Part shown: positions 13,701 through 26,110 of the stretch, in pieces
Layout of the letters: each line of letters opens with the position of its first letter
How positions within the stretch are numbered: position 1 is the first letter of the stretch
The notes under the pieces: generated by a model
What the model saw: only the letters and a program-made list of their open reading frames with translations
The model's database searches: none
Told to the model about the DNA's origin: nothing
Source of the DNA: Stegostoma tigrinum
Taxonomy: Eukaryota
NCBI RefSeq assembly: GCF_030684315.1
Contig: NC_081383.1
Location: forward strand, 33,048,180-33,112,179
Reading direction: 5' to 3'
DNA length: 64,000 nt
Made by a program: the position numbers and the translations under genes

Positions 13701-16700
13701 GTCGCTCCGTGCTCCATCACGTAGTCTGTGTTCTCAGGGTCTGTCTAAAAGTTCAGATACGCAGCAGCAATAAATAAATGACCACATGTCAAACCAAATT
13801 CATTATCTTGGTTCAAACACAAAGCAAGTCCAGCAAAGAGCTTAGGTTTTCAAAAAAGATCTTTATTCTCAGTATTAAGCAGTAATGTGTATGTTTAAAC
13901 ATTTTATTGTAAAATACAATGGAGAGATTGTAGGCTTGAACCCTGGGCTCTGCAGACATATCTAATTGCACTTAAATGTTCTTAAGAATAGTCTCAGTAC
14001 ACCTTGGCATTAGAACTCTCTACAATTAAATAATGACATTTATCATCAAGGTTTACAATAGTATCCTGAAATAGAAATTCTCATCTGGTGGGTACTACTA
14101 GCCGAGGTAGACTTTTATTACTATTGCTAGTTATAGTTAGGCCATTTTAAGTGTCACCACATTGGAGTGGGATGGGAGTGGGATGCGGAACATACTGCGT
14201 AATGATGTCCGTCCATAAAGTAAGTTAGTTAGGCAGCCAAACTTTGAAGAAAAGTATATAGTCACTTTTACATTGTATTCTCAAAGCAAAAACAATTCAA
14301 GTTTTCAAAATGCCATGGTGCGATCTGACTCCCATTCTTTGGAATCATCCAGGCTTCTCAATTGCTAATCCAGTAAAATAACTGTTGTACTACCATCTAC
14401 CATAGGTTCACGAGGTCAATTCCCGGAATGGCAGGACGATCAGATGTTGAAAGATTGAAGCGACTGGGCTTGTATACACTTGAGTTTAGAAGGATGAGAG
14501 GGGATCTGATTGAGACGTATAAGATTATTAAGGGATTGGACACTCTGGAGACAGGAAGCATGTTTCCGCTGATGGGGGAGCCCAGAACCAGAGGACACAG
14601 TTTAAAAATAAGGGGTAGGCCATTCAGAACAGAGTTGAGGAAAAGCTTCTTCACCCAGAGAGTGCTGGATATATGGAATGCTCTGCCCCAGAAGGCAGTG
14701 GAGGCCAACTCTCTGGATACTTTCAAGAAAGAGATGGATAGAGCTCTTAAAGATAGTGGAATCAAGGGTTATGGGGATAAGGCAGAACAAGATACTGATT
14801 GTGGATGATCAGCCATGATCATAATGAATGGTGGTGCTGGCTTGAAGGGCCGAATGGCCTACTCCAGCACCTACTGTCTATTGTCTATTATCTAACCCCC
14901 TTACCTCCATTCTTAATTTAAATAAGCTGATAACTCAATTTTCTTTAGCATCAATTTGCTACCTTATTGATGCTGCTGAATGGAAGTGTTTAGGCAACTC
15001 AAATTAGTGCAGGACAACGAATGAGTTATCATCAAGAGCAGACTTGCAAACCCTCAATGTAGGACCCACCATTCTGGACAGACAGCTGAAATTGGGAGAG
15101 AATTTCTTCAAGCTCTCCTTTTCTGTGGATTTGGGGAGAGAATTTTTGTTATCTTTCAGCTCCTGGGCAAGAGACTGTGGATGAAAGATTTGCACAAGTC
15201 TTGCTCTAAACCCACAATGTTCCCTGCAGTTTGCATTGCCAAAATGCTTGGACAAGCTACATGTAACTCAACTTTAATTTAGATCCATCCTGCTTCACCA
15301 CCATTGCCTCCCCACCCCCACAATCACTGCCGACCCCTAAGAATAATCAACATTTACATGGAGTATTGAAATGCGTAAAATGTGACACCAACATAACCCA
15401 AAGTGAATACATCATTTTGGCAATGCAAGCTTTCCACTGGACTTTTCCTCTATCCCCTACCATACCATATTCCACAGCATTCCAGAAGTAGGGGGAGTAT
15501 TTTTAAAGTGAGAGGAGAAAGATTTAAAAAGGACCCGAGGGGCAACTCTTTCACCCACAGGGTTGTGGAATGAACTGTCAGATGAAGTGGTAGATGCAGG
15601 TACACTTACAACATTTAAAAGAGATTTGAACAGGTACATGAATATGAATGGTTTATAAGGATATGCACCGAATGCAGGCAATTTGACTATTTTAGTTTGG
15701 GCAACATGGTTGGCATGGATGAGTTTGACTGAAGGGTCTATTTTTGTGGTTTACGACTATGTAGCCAAGGGGAGCAGTTTGGATGTTGCAACTGGCCTTG
15801 TCATGCTACGACAGGGAATGCAAAAAAAATTAGCCATGATTTCCTGCTCTTGCTCACCTGCTGATTCATGCCGGAAAATGACTAGCATCGTATCAGAAAT
15901 AAACAGCAAAAATTTCCAACAGATCACAGAGACAGTCAGTCAACAAATCAAGTATGTTTTGATGAGTATAACAGACCTCAAAGGTTCATTCTATTGCTCT
16001 TTTCATAGATTCTATCAGAATTGCTGAGTCTTTTCTGCTTCTTCTTCAAATATCCAGTATCTACAACACTTTGCTTTCATATTCATTTAGGACCAATCTA
16101 TGATGTGATAGGCATCAACAGTTTAATACACCTGACACCCTCTGCTGTCCAGGGTCATGTGAATAAATGACACTTAAGGTATGTACCCATGAATACATTC
16201 CTTAGAGAGAATCAATGTCATTAGGAATAGATGATGATAGACGGGGTGGGACAGATAATAAATTGCAAGATTTATTGTAATTCTGGAGAAAAATTACTTT
16301 CCTGACTGCAGTGCAAATACTGCCTGGAGGAGGAAACTCTATTCAAATGAATTGATGAGATGTAGACGTATTTACTTTAAATGTGATTTCTGCCAGACAC
16401 CTGGTACATTTGATGTAGAAGCGGAAGATGGGAAGACCCAGGTAGACCTCATTCTGTACAGTTTCCTTTCGTGCATTGAACTTCTTGCCTTTGTATATGT
16501 ACTCTCCACATGTCTTGCATCTAGCACAACAGAAGAACACATGAAACTGTCAAACAAGGCTGTCTTATTTATCTATGCTTCACAATACAGTATCAACAGG
16601 GCCAGTTGGGAAAATAGAACCTGGAAAATTTCTCTCCTAACCATTCAGTCATAATTTATGTTAGAGGATACCTAATTCCTGCACAAAATACTCTGATCCC

Positions 16701-19700
16701 TCTTAAAAGAATACAGTGAATCAACAGGGCAGCACGGTGGCTCAGTGGTTAGCACTGCCTCACAACACCAGGGAGCCGGGTTCGATACCACCCTCAGGAA
16801 ACTGTCTGTTTGGAGGATGCGCATTCTCCCCATATCTCTGTGCGTTTCCTTCCAGAGTCTAAAGTGTGCAGGTTAGGTGGGTGGACAATGCTGAATCACC
16901 CGCAGTGTCCAGGGATGTGCAGGCTAGGTGGATTGGCCATGGAGAATGCAGGGTTGCAGGGACTGGGGGTCTGGGTGGGATGCTCTTCAGAGGGGCTCGA
17001 TGGGACAAATGGCCTGCTTCTGCACGGTAGAGATTGTATTACATTCACCGCACCAGCTGGAAAACTCTTTCCCAGCTCCACTATTCTCCAATAAAAGAAT
17101 AACAACCAACCTGGTTCTGCCCTTGCCTAACTTATAAGCTTGCTCCCTAACAAATTCCATTGAAATAACTGGTCAACATCAACACAATTTTGTTATTTCA
17201 CTATTTTGCAAATCTTGTTCAAATTATCCCTGTTTTACCTCTTTATAACACAAAGAATTACATTTCCTCTTGTTAAAAGTTATTTTCATGCATTTAATGG
17301 AAGAAACAATTAGCAAAATATCTTAATGCTTTAGAGTCTGAAGAGAACGCTTCCTATGACACAGCTTACATCTCCAAGTGACCTCATTGAGAGGCTGCAG
17401 TGTGTGATATCAAACTGAGAATATATCTGGAGTCTGGCCTCAACATATCGAAAATGTGATCTGGTCAGAGTATAACACACAGGCCTTATCGGGCTGGAAA
17501 TATCAACTGTTAGTTGTATTTTCTGGCTAATTTGCTGCCAATGTAGGATTTCCATTCTAAACAGGTCAGGCCCACAAGAGGGAAAGATAGGTACCATTAC
17601 AAGCTACATCACAAAATACCATGTAATAGGCTCTCAGGCAGGTCTCAACATACATTAAAATAAAAGCAAAGCACTGGAGATCTGAAATAAAAACAGAAAG
17701 TGCTGGTGAAACTCAGTAGATCTGGCAGAGTCAGTGGAGACAGAAATAAAGTTAATGTTTCAAATCCAGAAGACTCTTCTTCAAGCTCATTATACACTGT
17801 TAGCTGAGAACCCAGACCTATGTAAGAGTTAAGGGGAAAACATAGCTTAATTGATAGCTCTTGCTCTCTATGCAGTTGACAGCAAAGATCAGTGTATCTT
17901 CACACAAGATTAAGAGGCGTTAAGTGCTTGTACTTTCTACTATTGAAGCAGATCTGGATCACTGACATTTTTATTGGCCTGTATTATAAAGGGTTCGTCT
18001 AAAAGTGGAAAATTAACAATGGGTTATTCAGCAACGGAGTCCAAATCTTATTGCTACAATAGGATTCATTGGTACTATGTAGCAAATTGTGCACACGTGC
18101 ATGAAAGTGCCTCAACTTGGCATATGGGTCAAGGACAGTTACAGGCATGGAGAGAGGGGAATATCTTGCAACAGGCATGAAGGATAATAGGGGTTCGGTG
18201 AAGGTGGATGGAGTAGCATGAATGGAGAATGGGAAAAAGTGTGGGTTTGAGAACCAAGGGGTTTGAGGAGTTGCGAGGGGTGAAGGCTAGCTGGCTTTAC
18301 TTTTTTCGCGTAACTGGGACAAAGTGCAACAACAATGAGGTAAATCTTTTAAACAGTCAGCCTTGGCACCCCAACTTCCAATAAAGAATATCCTATCCTT
18401 TTTGGCACTCTCTCCTGAGGCAAACAAATTAAATTAGCAATGTTTCTGATTCCCACCTTGAGGCGAACATCTACACCTGCAGTACAAAGTGGGTGTGAGG
18501 GGGAAAGATTGGCCTGACTTTGTGCATTTGCTAAAACAAGTCCTTCATCAGACCCGGGTTTGTTGATCTGTCAGCTCAGACTTCACAATGTGTCAAGGCT
18601 GCTAGAGGAAGCATTATTGTTCTTATTAAGGTCTGAGCATTAATAGTGAGCTTTGTTTTTCAAATGTTAAGCTGGGCGCACAATTTCAGAATGGTCATCT
18701 CCTGATTACAGCAGAAGCAAATGCTATTGTCATTTGAAATAATACTAGACCAGTCTCTTCTTAGTGGTTTTTTGTATTAACTCTGAAGGAAATGTTGTGT
18801 GCTGTGCAGGTTGGGAGTAAACATGATGTCCACTAATGGAATCACTTTGCATAGGAAAGCACTTACAGCCACCTATCAGGTCATCAAAAAGTGCCAGTCA
18901 AGAGAAAATGGTTAGCTGACAGTAAACTCAGCTTGAAAGCTTTTTCCATTGCAGAAAGAAAGTAAGACTAAGGGACATGAAGAGTTCCAGCCTTGAAATG
19001 TAAGATAAAAGCATTGATATTACCACCTTGTCACAAAATCTCTGAAACCTCTCAAAGCACTGAATCACTTTGAAGCGCTCTAACTACCATGTCACCAAAA
19101 GAATGATAACGACGAGAAAGCACTAGGTCACAGAGTTCAGAAATTGAAAGCAAGGGAATGGAAAGATCAGGTACCTGACTAAACACTCTTCCTAGAGGAA
19201 CAGAGAATTAAAATTGAATGATTGAGTTTGTTTTCCCCCTAGACAGTAGCTGTGGAAGAGTTTGTCAGCTGGTATAACAAATGCAGATTTACCGCATTCT
19301 CGGCTGTTTTTTATGTAGAAGGCCATATCATGACAGATTTAGGAACCTGGTAACATAAATTGTGAGTATACAATGATCCACAAAGGTTGGGGACATATCT
19401 TCCACTGTCTATTTACCCAATGATGCTACGATACTGGGACAGAATGTGGGACACATTATGTGCAAGCTAGTGGAGAAATCATATCAGGTAATTGCTTGTG
19501 AATGCTAACACTTTAATTTCCATTATTAAATTAAACTTATTATTAAACAATGTAAGCAATACACATTCTTTAGGGCATACAAAATTAATTCAAAGAGGTT
19601 AGCAGGTGAGATGTTGATGAGCAGCTTGTGCCTACCTCATGTTGAAAGGAGCCATTAATCGGACCACATACTGACGATCTTTGGGAAGTTTGAGTTTTGG

Positions 19701-22146
19701 GATTTTTGACGGATCAAAGTCCGGTGGGTAGTATTTCTGTTGGAAAGAAAAGAAACACAGTCATCAGCATTCTTTTAGGAATCGTACAGTTTCCTGTTCA
19801 TTTGTATGCTGAAAAAAGTGATGGATGTTAGAATTCAGAGAGGTATTCAAGCATTTGGTTCATTGGTAAACAGAGTTCCTCCACTGTCCAAATTTCAGAA
19901 CAGCACACCAGCAGCACTAAAAATTTATCATTTTAACCCTTTAGCCATTCTGTTGACTCTACCACTTGGTACAAAATAAACTGCAGTTTTATGCATTCAA
20001 TCAACATGTTCGGAATTAGTCTGATACTGCCTGGGCTCATTTCACATACAGCTCTTCCGACCAGTTCATCAGATTCTAGGTTTATTTGTTTCCAAAAAAG
20101 ATAATGAAATTGGCTAAAAATTAATTCAGTAAAATCCAACCAAATTACAGGTCATGTGTTACCATGAGCACAAACAGACCTTTCTGATAATTTGAAATAC
20201 CTTTCATGGATATCTTTGATAGGAATATGTTGGACAATGAGGTTACAGATTGTAGTTAAACATAATTCAGTTGTCGCTGGTGGCTTACAATGCCTCCAGG
20301 TTTGAATTGCTGGATCTGTTTGAAATATGCTCGAATTAGCACAGTGATAAAGTCACATGACACAAGGATATCCTCAATGAGAAGAGGATTCTGTCTTAAC
20401 AAGGATGAATCAGGCTTATCATTTATAGAGTCATAGAGCACAGAAACAGACCCTTCAGTCTGATCAGTCGATGCCGAACATAATAGTTCCACCTACCTGC
20501 TCCTGGCCCATATCCCTCCAGACCCTTCCCATTCATATATCTATCCAAATATCTTTTGGACATTGGAACTGTACTTGCATCTACCACTTCATCAGGAAGT
20601 TCGTTCTACACGTGAACCACCCTCTGTGTAAAACACTTGCCTCATATCTATATAAAATCTCTCTCTTCTCACCTAGAAATGTGTCCCCTAGACTTGAAAT
20701 CACAAAATCTAGGGAGAAGACAAATAACATGAATTCTATGTATACCTCTCATTATTTTATAATTTTTTATCAGGTCATCTCTCAACCTCCTACGCTCCAG
20801 TGGAAAAAAAGTCCCAGCCTACCCAGCCTTCCTTTACAACTCAAACCTACCATTCCTGGCAACATCCTGGTAAATCTCTTCCGAACCTTCTCCAGCTTGA
20901 TAATATCCTTCCTATAACTAAGCAGCCAGAGCTGGACACAGTATTCCAGAAGAGGCCTCACCAATATCCTGTACAATCTCAATGTAAAGTCCCAACTCTT
21001 ACACTCAAACGACTGAGCAATGAAGACAAATGTGCCAAATGCCTTTTTAACCACCTTGTCCACGTGTGACACAAACTTTAAAGAATTATGCACCTGCATC
21101 CATAGGTCCCTTCATTGTACAACACTACCCAAGGCTCCACCATTATTTGTATAAACCCTACCCTTGTTTGTTGCACCAAAACGCAATACCTCACGTTTAT
21201 CCACTGAACTCCATCTGCCATTTTTCAGCCCATTGGCCCATTTGATCAAGATCCCTTTGTAATCTTAGAAAACCTTCTTCACTGTCTACAATGTCAATTT
21301 TAGTGTCATCCGTAAACTTACTAATCAAGCTTTCTATATTTGAGAGCACTAACAGAACAAGCATGTATGAAGAGACTCTAACCTGATGAAAGAGTGCAAG
21401 TACAATATCTGCTATTAGAAAAAAAAACATATTTATACAGATTTTAAAATGCTTAATTAAGCACAATTGAAAATGATATTTTTGTTACCTAAGCAAAAAG
21501 ATTACAACAATGCAAATAAACGCTTATTAATAAGGGAGAGGACGCAAGAAGAATGATGTACAATTCTTCCAAAAAAATACTAACTGGAGGTTTAAAGGGG
21601 CTTCAGCTGTAAAGCAAACCCAGCTTTATTCCATCACAGATGGACTGTCTGATGTGATTATAGTACACAGAACACTGCAGCACAGCACAGGCCCTTTGGC
21701 CCTCGATGTTGCGCCGACCTGTGAAACCAATCCGAAGCCTACCAAACCTACACTATTCCATTATCATCCATATGTTTATCCAACGTCCATTTAAATGGAC
21801 TTAAAGCTGGCGAGTCTAGATGTTCAGTGAGCCTTGGATTTTCGTATGTGAAGGATGGGTGCTGTTCACTGGAGCCAACTGCACCCACTGGGGAACACAC
21901 ACACAGGCAGGGCCCATCTGGGGGGCGCGGGGGTATAATTTGGGACTCACTGGGGTCCCACTGCCAGGCGAGCTGTCCTGGGCTGGTGCTCAGTCTCAGG
22001 TGCTAACACCAACGGCCCCACAGGGTGGGGATAGGAACGGGGGGGGTTGTCAGCGGTCACTTTCTGTGTCCAAACACACCCCCAACATTCACATTCTCAC
22101 TCTCCCCCTCAACCCCACTCACATTCAACACTTTTCTCTCCGACAT
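4605..22146 (-). CDS. YJU2: YJU2 (CCDC94) splicing factor, spliced CDS of 8 exons: 22123-22146, 19636-19736, 16376-16520, 13610-13744, 11837-12018, 10802-10925, 8048-8225, 4605-4753 (1038 nt, 345 aa)
   Basis: Joined translation starts [61 protein letters not shown]...[20 protein letters not shown]... and ends [18 protein letters not shown], matching the conserved YJU2 N-terminus, zinc knuckle (CKTC/CTRC) and C-terminal motif. All introns GT-AG with consistent phases. Confidence 0.96.
4865..5355 (-). mobile_element. CR1 LINE 3' fragment
   Basis: Minus-strand [13 protein letters not shown]...RGH.FKVR (ORF 5062..5259) plus CR1 3' UTR. Confidence 0.8.
6480..7460 (+). mobile_element. Decayed CR1 ORF1 region
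   Basis: Remnants resembling CR1 ORF1 (SNRY, CCLPG, LGAKLKS/VIIxGLL esterase-type motifs) with many stops. Confidence 0.55.
8048..8225 (-). CDS. YJU2: YJU2 exon 7 (178 nt)
   Basis: tag|[35 protein letters not shown]...TSN(G)|gtaaga; WExSVG and LVVKK motifs, phases fit exons 6 and 8. Confidence 0.85.
9236..9442. mobile_element. Palindromic mini element (same family as 42210-42413) in YJU2 intron 6
   Basis: gttgctggaaaggctcagcagg... mirrored by ...cctgctgagcttttccagcaac. Confidence 0.75.
9650..10345 (-). mobile_element. Decayed CR1 ORF1/ORF2-junction fragment
   Basis: Minus-strand similarity to the ORF1 end seen at 7300-7450 and to the start of an APE domain. Confidence 0.5.
10802..10925 (-). 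CDS. YJU2: YJU2 exon 6 (124 nt)
   Basis: aag|[41 protein letters not shown]|gtatga; KRIL-DDSDS motif typical of YJU2. Confidence 0.9.
11837..12018 (-). CDS. YJU2: YJU2 exon 5 (182 nt)
   Basis: aag|[38 protein letters not shown]...EREM(K)|gtaggt; within ORF 11833..12039. Confidence 0.95.
12070..13242 (-). mobile_element. 5'-truncated CR1 LINE in YJU2 intron 4, same subfamily as 1962-3183
   Basis: ORFs 12157..12540 and 12674..12949 nearly identical to those at 2363..2936. Confidence 0.92.
13610..13744 (-). CDS. YJU2: YJU2 exon 4 (135 nt)
   Basis: tag|[45 protein letters not shown]|gtatta. Confidence 0.95.
14400..14893 (+). mobile_element. CR1 LINE 3' end in YJU2 intron 3
   Basis: ORF 14428..14808 ([16 protein letters not shown]...GIKGYG) and short ctattgt terminal repeats. 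Confidence 0.9.
15482..15762 (+). mobile_element. CR1 3' fragment
   Basis: [13 protein letters not shown] and WNEL motifs followed by CR1 3' UTR. Confidence 0.75.
16376..16520 (-). CDS. YJU2: YJU2 exon 3 (145 nt, zinc knuckle)
   Basis: tag|[48 protein letters not shown]|gtaaat; within ORF 16343..16540. Confidence 0.96.
16727..17040 (+). mobile_element. HE1-type tRNA-derived SINE
   Basis: A box ggtggctcagtgg, B box gggttcgatacc, V-like core (gcattctcccc..tgtgcaggttagg), CR1-like tail. Confidence 0.85.
19636..19736 (-). CDS. YJU2: YJU2 exon 2 (101 nt)
   Basis: cag|[33 protein letters not shown](R)|gtaggc. Confidence 0.96.
20424..21330 (-). mobile_element. CR1 LINE 3' fragment in YJU2 intron 1
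   Basis: ORFs 20782..21099 ([13 protein letters not shown]) and 21197..21466 ([14 protein letters not shown]). Confidence 0.88.
21667..21818 (-). mobile_element. Short CR1 3'-UTR fragment
   Basis: acagcacaggccctttggccc...; similar to other CR1 3' termini in the window. Confidence 0.55.
22123..22146 (-). CDS. YJU2: YJU2 coding exon 1 (MSERKVLN)
   Basis: ATG TCG GAG AGA AAA GTG TTG AAT followed by donor gtgagt on the minus strand. Confidence 0.95.
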
Positions 22147-22310
22147 CTTTCACGAGCCGATGATCTAGGCCCCGCCCCTATTCCGCGCCCATTGGTTCGC
22201 ATCGCCACCCTTTCCCGCTCCCAATGGTTAATGCAACTGTCAGTCAGCGGCTGCCGGAAGCCGCTCCGCCTGTGCTCCGGCCGGACACCAGCCGTCGTTC
22301 CGGTCTCGAT
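22147..22310. promoter_or_regulatory. CpG-rich TATA-less YJU2 promoter
   Basis: Local CpG enrichment; GC box GGGGCGGGG (22170-22178, minus), CCAAT on minus (22191-22195) and plus (22221-22225), ETS-type CCGGAA at 22254-22259 and 22298-22303 (minus). Confidence 0.75.
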
Positions 22311-22600
22311 CACCAGTTTAGTTATTTCACATTTTTCTCACGTTATTTTTTAGCCGACAAAAGTTTTTTTTGCCAATTTACCGAAACTATTGACATCTCT
22401 CTGTAAGCTGTTTGTACCCCTCTCGCAATTTGCCGTTCCATTTATTTTTCAACTGTATTTTCCACCGAATATAACCAGTATCCCTCTATTCCTGTTAAAT
22501 ATTGTACCATATGATGCAAGATGTTTGATGGAATTAACTCACAAAATGTTGAAAAGTTTCCATGCTTTGGGAAGAAGGAATGCCACCATTTTAAATACAT

Positions 22601-23400
22601 AGTCAGAAATCGGACAACACCAGGTTACAGTCCAACAGGTTTATTTGAAATCACAAGCTCTTGCAGGGCTACCCCTTTGTCAGGTGAAGCTTACAGACAC
22701 AACATTCTTTGGGTAGATATCCTCCAAGGCAGCCTTTGGGATACACAGCAACACAAAATCGCGGACCAGAACCTGACAGTCAAGTAACGTTTCCATGAAG
22801 ACGGCCTCAACCGTGATCTTGGGTTCATTTCGTGCTACATGTAACCCCACCGCACTGTTCTGTATCTGTAAAATCTTCCTTACTGCCTTGTCTTATCACC
22901 ATAACCTTGTTAAAGTGCTATGATCTCGCTACTTTTATTAGTTTGTGCAGTTTTGGGATTACTTATTACTTTGATTAGGCTTTGGCATGCGACTCATACC
23001 TATCATGTTATTCTAATCATTTGGTTTGTCTCTGCCACCACCTTATTTTTAATTTTTTTGTTATTATCTCTCTGCCTCATTTAATCAGATTATAGGTCAT
23101 CCCTTCACTTGTTATTCTGCTGTTGACACTTTACTCACACCATCTGACTCTTGATCACCTACAGAGACTTATTATTTGGCCTGACCACACTTCATTCACA
23201 CCTTTTAGATGATCTTTTGATCTCTGTACCATCGATTTGTCTGCCTATAAATTCTGTGCCTGTTTGGTCTGCTGTCTCATTTCAGCTGACGAAGGGATTG
23301 TCTTCCAAAAGCTTGTGATTTCAAATAAACATGTTGGACTATAACCTGGTGTCATCCAACTTCTGATCTTGTCCAACCCATTCCAACACCAACCCCTCCA
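22601..23400 (+). mobile_element. Penelope-like 3' fragment (second family) with inverted termini
   Basis: GIY-YIG C-terminal remnant (KIADQ..., HEDGLNRDLGF); 22601-22690 is the reverse complement of 23280-23366; degenerate TSD attttaaatacatag / attttgaatacacag. Confidence 0.75.
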
Positions 23401-23849
23401 TATTTTGAATACACAGAGACTAGCTACCCCTAGTCCTGAACCAGGTATTAATTTGTAGAATCATAAAGATATAAATAAGTTGCTATGTTTCACATTCACT
23501 TTATCCCTCAGTCTCCTGTAACGATTTGACCCTCTTTGACTGCAGTCCTAGTGCCAACAGCCAAAACCTTATTCTTCATGCGTTAATCCAGACATCAAGC
23601 CACAATAGGCTATTTGACTGCAGTGGGCATCAGGTAACCAAGTCAAGTCATCTCCACCTGAGAATGTATCTCACCAGTGTGGGCTGGATAGTGATCATAA
23701 TTTGAATTATCTTCTTCCTTCCCAGCCTGGAGTTGTAACCTTAAAGATTCATTTAAAAAAAGAAAGAAAATTTTTCATTTACATAGTGACATTGACAACT
23801 TCAGGATTTGTCACAAGCTTTCCTGTCAACCTGCCTTTCAATCTATTTT

Positions 23850-25145
23850 TATATCGTTTGCAGATTTGGTTCCAGCACATTCACTTTTTGTCTCCAGGTC
23901 TCTGATATATATTGCAAACAGTTGCACTCCCAGCACCGATTCTTGTGGAACCCCAGTGTTTACAGGTTACCAATGTGAAAAAGAACCCCTGATACCCACT
24001 CGCTATTTCCTGCCCATTAGCCAATTCTGTACCCATGCTAATGATACTGTAATAATACTGTACCAATACTCACTCATCTCAATCTACATGGACGAGGACA
24101 ACCACCAATTCGACTGGGACAACACCAAGACCCTGGGACTGGCTAGGCAGAGACAAGCACGAGAATTCCTGGAAGCATGGCACTCCACGAAGCATGCTAT
24201 TCATCAACACATTGAACTCGACCCCATATACATTCCATTACGAAGGAAACCCGGGGTGATGCAATCCATCTTTACGGACCCCAGCGTTTAAAAACCAGGT
24301 GGGAAAACACACTGACACTTCATCAGACGCTGCACTGAGAATGTTATCAAGCATGGCAATGAAATGTCTGCAAAGCAACAAACCAGCTTGGTGAGCCAAC
24401 CAACCTCAATGCTAATATACTACCTCCAACACTTTGGGCTCTTATGACATAAACTTTTTTGAGATACCTTGTCAAATGCCTTCTAGAAGTCCAAATACAA
24501 CACATCTGGTTCCCCTCTATCCACTCTTGGTGAAACATCGTCAAAAAAGTCTGATAAATTAGACATAATTGTCCTTTCATAAAGCTGATTTTGTTTGAGT
24601 TAATTATGATTTTCCAAATGTTCTGCTTTTACTTCCTTCATAAATGATTCCAGTATTTTTCCAATAAGCGATGTTAGGCTAATCGGCTTATTGTTAACCT
24701 CTTTTGCCTCCCTCGTTTTTTGATTAGGGGTGTCACATTGGCAGTCTTGCAATCCTCAGGTATTTCTCTAGAATCCAGTGACTTTTGGAAAATTATAACC
24801 AATGCAGCCACTATCTGAGTGGATACTTCTTATAGGATCCTCGGATGTAAGCCATCAGTGGGCCAGGGACTTCTCTGCCTTCAGCTCCATTAGTTTATCT
24901 AACACTACTTCTCTAGTGTTGGTATTTAATTTCTCTCTACATCCTTTACTATTAATGGAATTGTTCCACTATAAAGACTGATGAAAAATATTTGATTAAC
25001 TTCTGCCATTTCCTTGATCCCCATAACTATCTTCCCAGAATTATGTTCTAAAGGTCCTATGTTCACTTTGACCTCTCTTCTTTTTGTATTTATTTAAAGA
25101 AGGTCTTATTGCCAGATGTTACATTCCATGCTAATCTGCCCTCAT
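23850..25145 (-). mobile_element. Decayed CR1 RT fragment interrupted by a Penelope-like insert
   Basis: Minus-strand GVPQxSVLG, YLDFxKAFD and NxPISLT remnants. Confidence 0.75.
24058..24408 (+). mobile_element. Penelope-like GIY-YIG 3' fragment (third family) inserted in CR1
   Basis: HQFDWDNTKTL...AREFLEAWHS...IELDPIY in ORF 23866..24291. Confidence 0.8.
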
Positions 25146-25367
25146 GAACTGTGGCTAATAGATTTGTCCAAACCATAGAATCAGAGAAGCCTCATGGTGC
25201 AGAAGGAGATCGTTACGCCACTCTGTACCTTACTGATCTTCCAGCATGGCGTTGTCTTTGACTGAGTGTTACAGACTTGCGCATTCCAAAGTCCGGGATT
25301 ACAGGCTGAGGGATATGCTAAAGCTTCAGATAGCTGCTGCAGAGGTGAAGTGCAGAAAAGTCATTCA

Positions 25368-26110
25368 GGTTGTTGAGTAGATTTGTAGCTTGGGTTGTGA
25401 ATGCTGTGGTTGGTTGGCTCACTGAGCTTGTTCATTATTCCGCAGACATTTCATTACCCTGCTGGGTAACATAATCAGTGCAGCCTCCAATGAAGCACCG
25501 TTGTGTTTTCCCACCTGGTATTAAAACTCTGGTTTCTGTTGGATTTGATTACCTCATTTCCGGTTTTCCTTCGCAGTGCTGTATATATATAGGGTCTAGT
25601 TCTATGTATTTGTTGTTGGTCCTCTTGGTGGAGAACCAAGCCTTTAGAAATTTCTGTGCTTGTCTCTGTTTGGTCTGTCCTAGGATCCTGGAGTTGTCCC
25701 AATCGAACTGGTGGTTCTCCTTATCCATGTAAATGGAGATGAGTGAGTATTGCTTGTGTCTTTTTGTTGCTAGTTGGTGTTCATATAAAAAAAAATGACC
25801 AATACTCACTCATCTCCATTTACATGGATAAGAAGAACCACCAGTTCGATTGGGACAACACCAGGGACTTCTAGAGGCTTGGTTCTCCACCAAGAAGACC
25901 ATCAACAAATACATAGAACTAGACCCTATATATATACAGCGCTGCGAAGGAAAACCAGAAATGAGATAATCAAATCCAATGGACCCCTGAGTTTAAATAC
26001 CAGGCAGGAAAACACAACAGCGCTTCATCGAGGCTGGAGTGATGATGTTACCCTGCAGGGTAATGAAATGTCTGCGAACGACCAAACCAGCTCGGTGAGC
26101 CAACCAGCCA
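25368..26110. mobile_element. Palindromic Penelope-like insert (third family), two inverted GIY-YIG 3' fragments
   Basis: Minus ORF 25549..25809 (EHQLATKRH..HQFDWDN..IELDPIY) mirrored by a plus-strand copy from about 25797. Confidence 0.82.

Noticed and set aside
16727-16800. tRNA-like sequences at SINE heads (also 30910-31000, 63345-63415)
   Set aside because: A/B boxes continue into SINE bodies present in several copies; no intact cloverleaf.
21820-22353. 177-aa plus-strand ORF over the YJU2 promoter
   Set aside because: GC-rich antisense frame beginning at a CR1 edge, no recognisable domain.
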